A stretch of 64,000 bases of DNA from Squalus acanthias (Eukaryota): NCBI GenBank assembly GCA_030390025.1, contig CM059431.1, positions 123,568,001 through 123,632,000 on the forward strand, written 5' to 3'. How positions within the stretch are numbered: the first letter of the stretch is position 1; every line of letters starts with the position of its first letter. This document shows, in pieces, positions 63,636 through 64,000 of the stretch. A model generated the notes under the pieces. That model was given only the letters and a program-made list of their open reading frames with translations. It was not told the DNA's origin and did no database searches. A program made the translations under genes and the position numbers.

Positions 63636-64000
63636 GATCTGTCTTCTTGTGAAAAATATAATTGGATCCTGCTTTGAAGCCAAATTAGAGGTATCAAACA
63701 CAGATAATATGAAGATTGTAGAAACTTCAAAACAGAATTATTGATATGGGAGGTCAAGATGTGAGAGACCTTTCTCAGGAACGTGAGGAAGACACCTTTC
63801 TTTAGCATTGTAGTCACTAAGTTTCAAGAAAATAAACATTAAAAAACAGCTGTATATCAGTTACAGAAATATTAATGATTGATCAAATTTTAGAGGAATT
63901 ATACCAAATATGGGGAGAAGGTATGGTAATGTTTTGTAATGATAGATGAAGTGAATAGTAATGGCTTGTTTAGCTGTTTTAGTTATGTGAAATGCATCTT

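Overview
This is vertebrate DNA, most likely from a cartilaginous fish (shark), judged from Deu-domain SINEs, an HE1/V-SINE and the CR1, L2 and RTE LINE families. It consists mostly of nested, decayed transposable elements: several PIF/Harbinger DNA transposons (intron-containing Myb/SANT gene facing a HARBI1-type transposase), Harbinger MITEs, LINEs, SINEs and solo LTRs of four families. The main feature is a complete minus-strand provirus at 44599-58941 (TSD TCAC, tRNA-Arg PBS) with gag, a pol carrying two RNase H folds, and an env resembling pneumo/paramyxovirus F proteins. This fits a lokiretrovirus-like element. Its unusual points are an immunoglobulin-like domain at the Env N-terminus, a UGA-CUAG readthrough junction between gag and pol, overlapping PSAP/PPxY late domains, a long duplicated integrase tail, and the same inverted LTR-in-LTR insertion in both LTRs (intact in the 3' LTR, collapsed in the 5' LTR). 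A few possible host exons remain unidentified. All family calls come from reading motifs by eye; no database searches were run.
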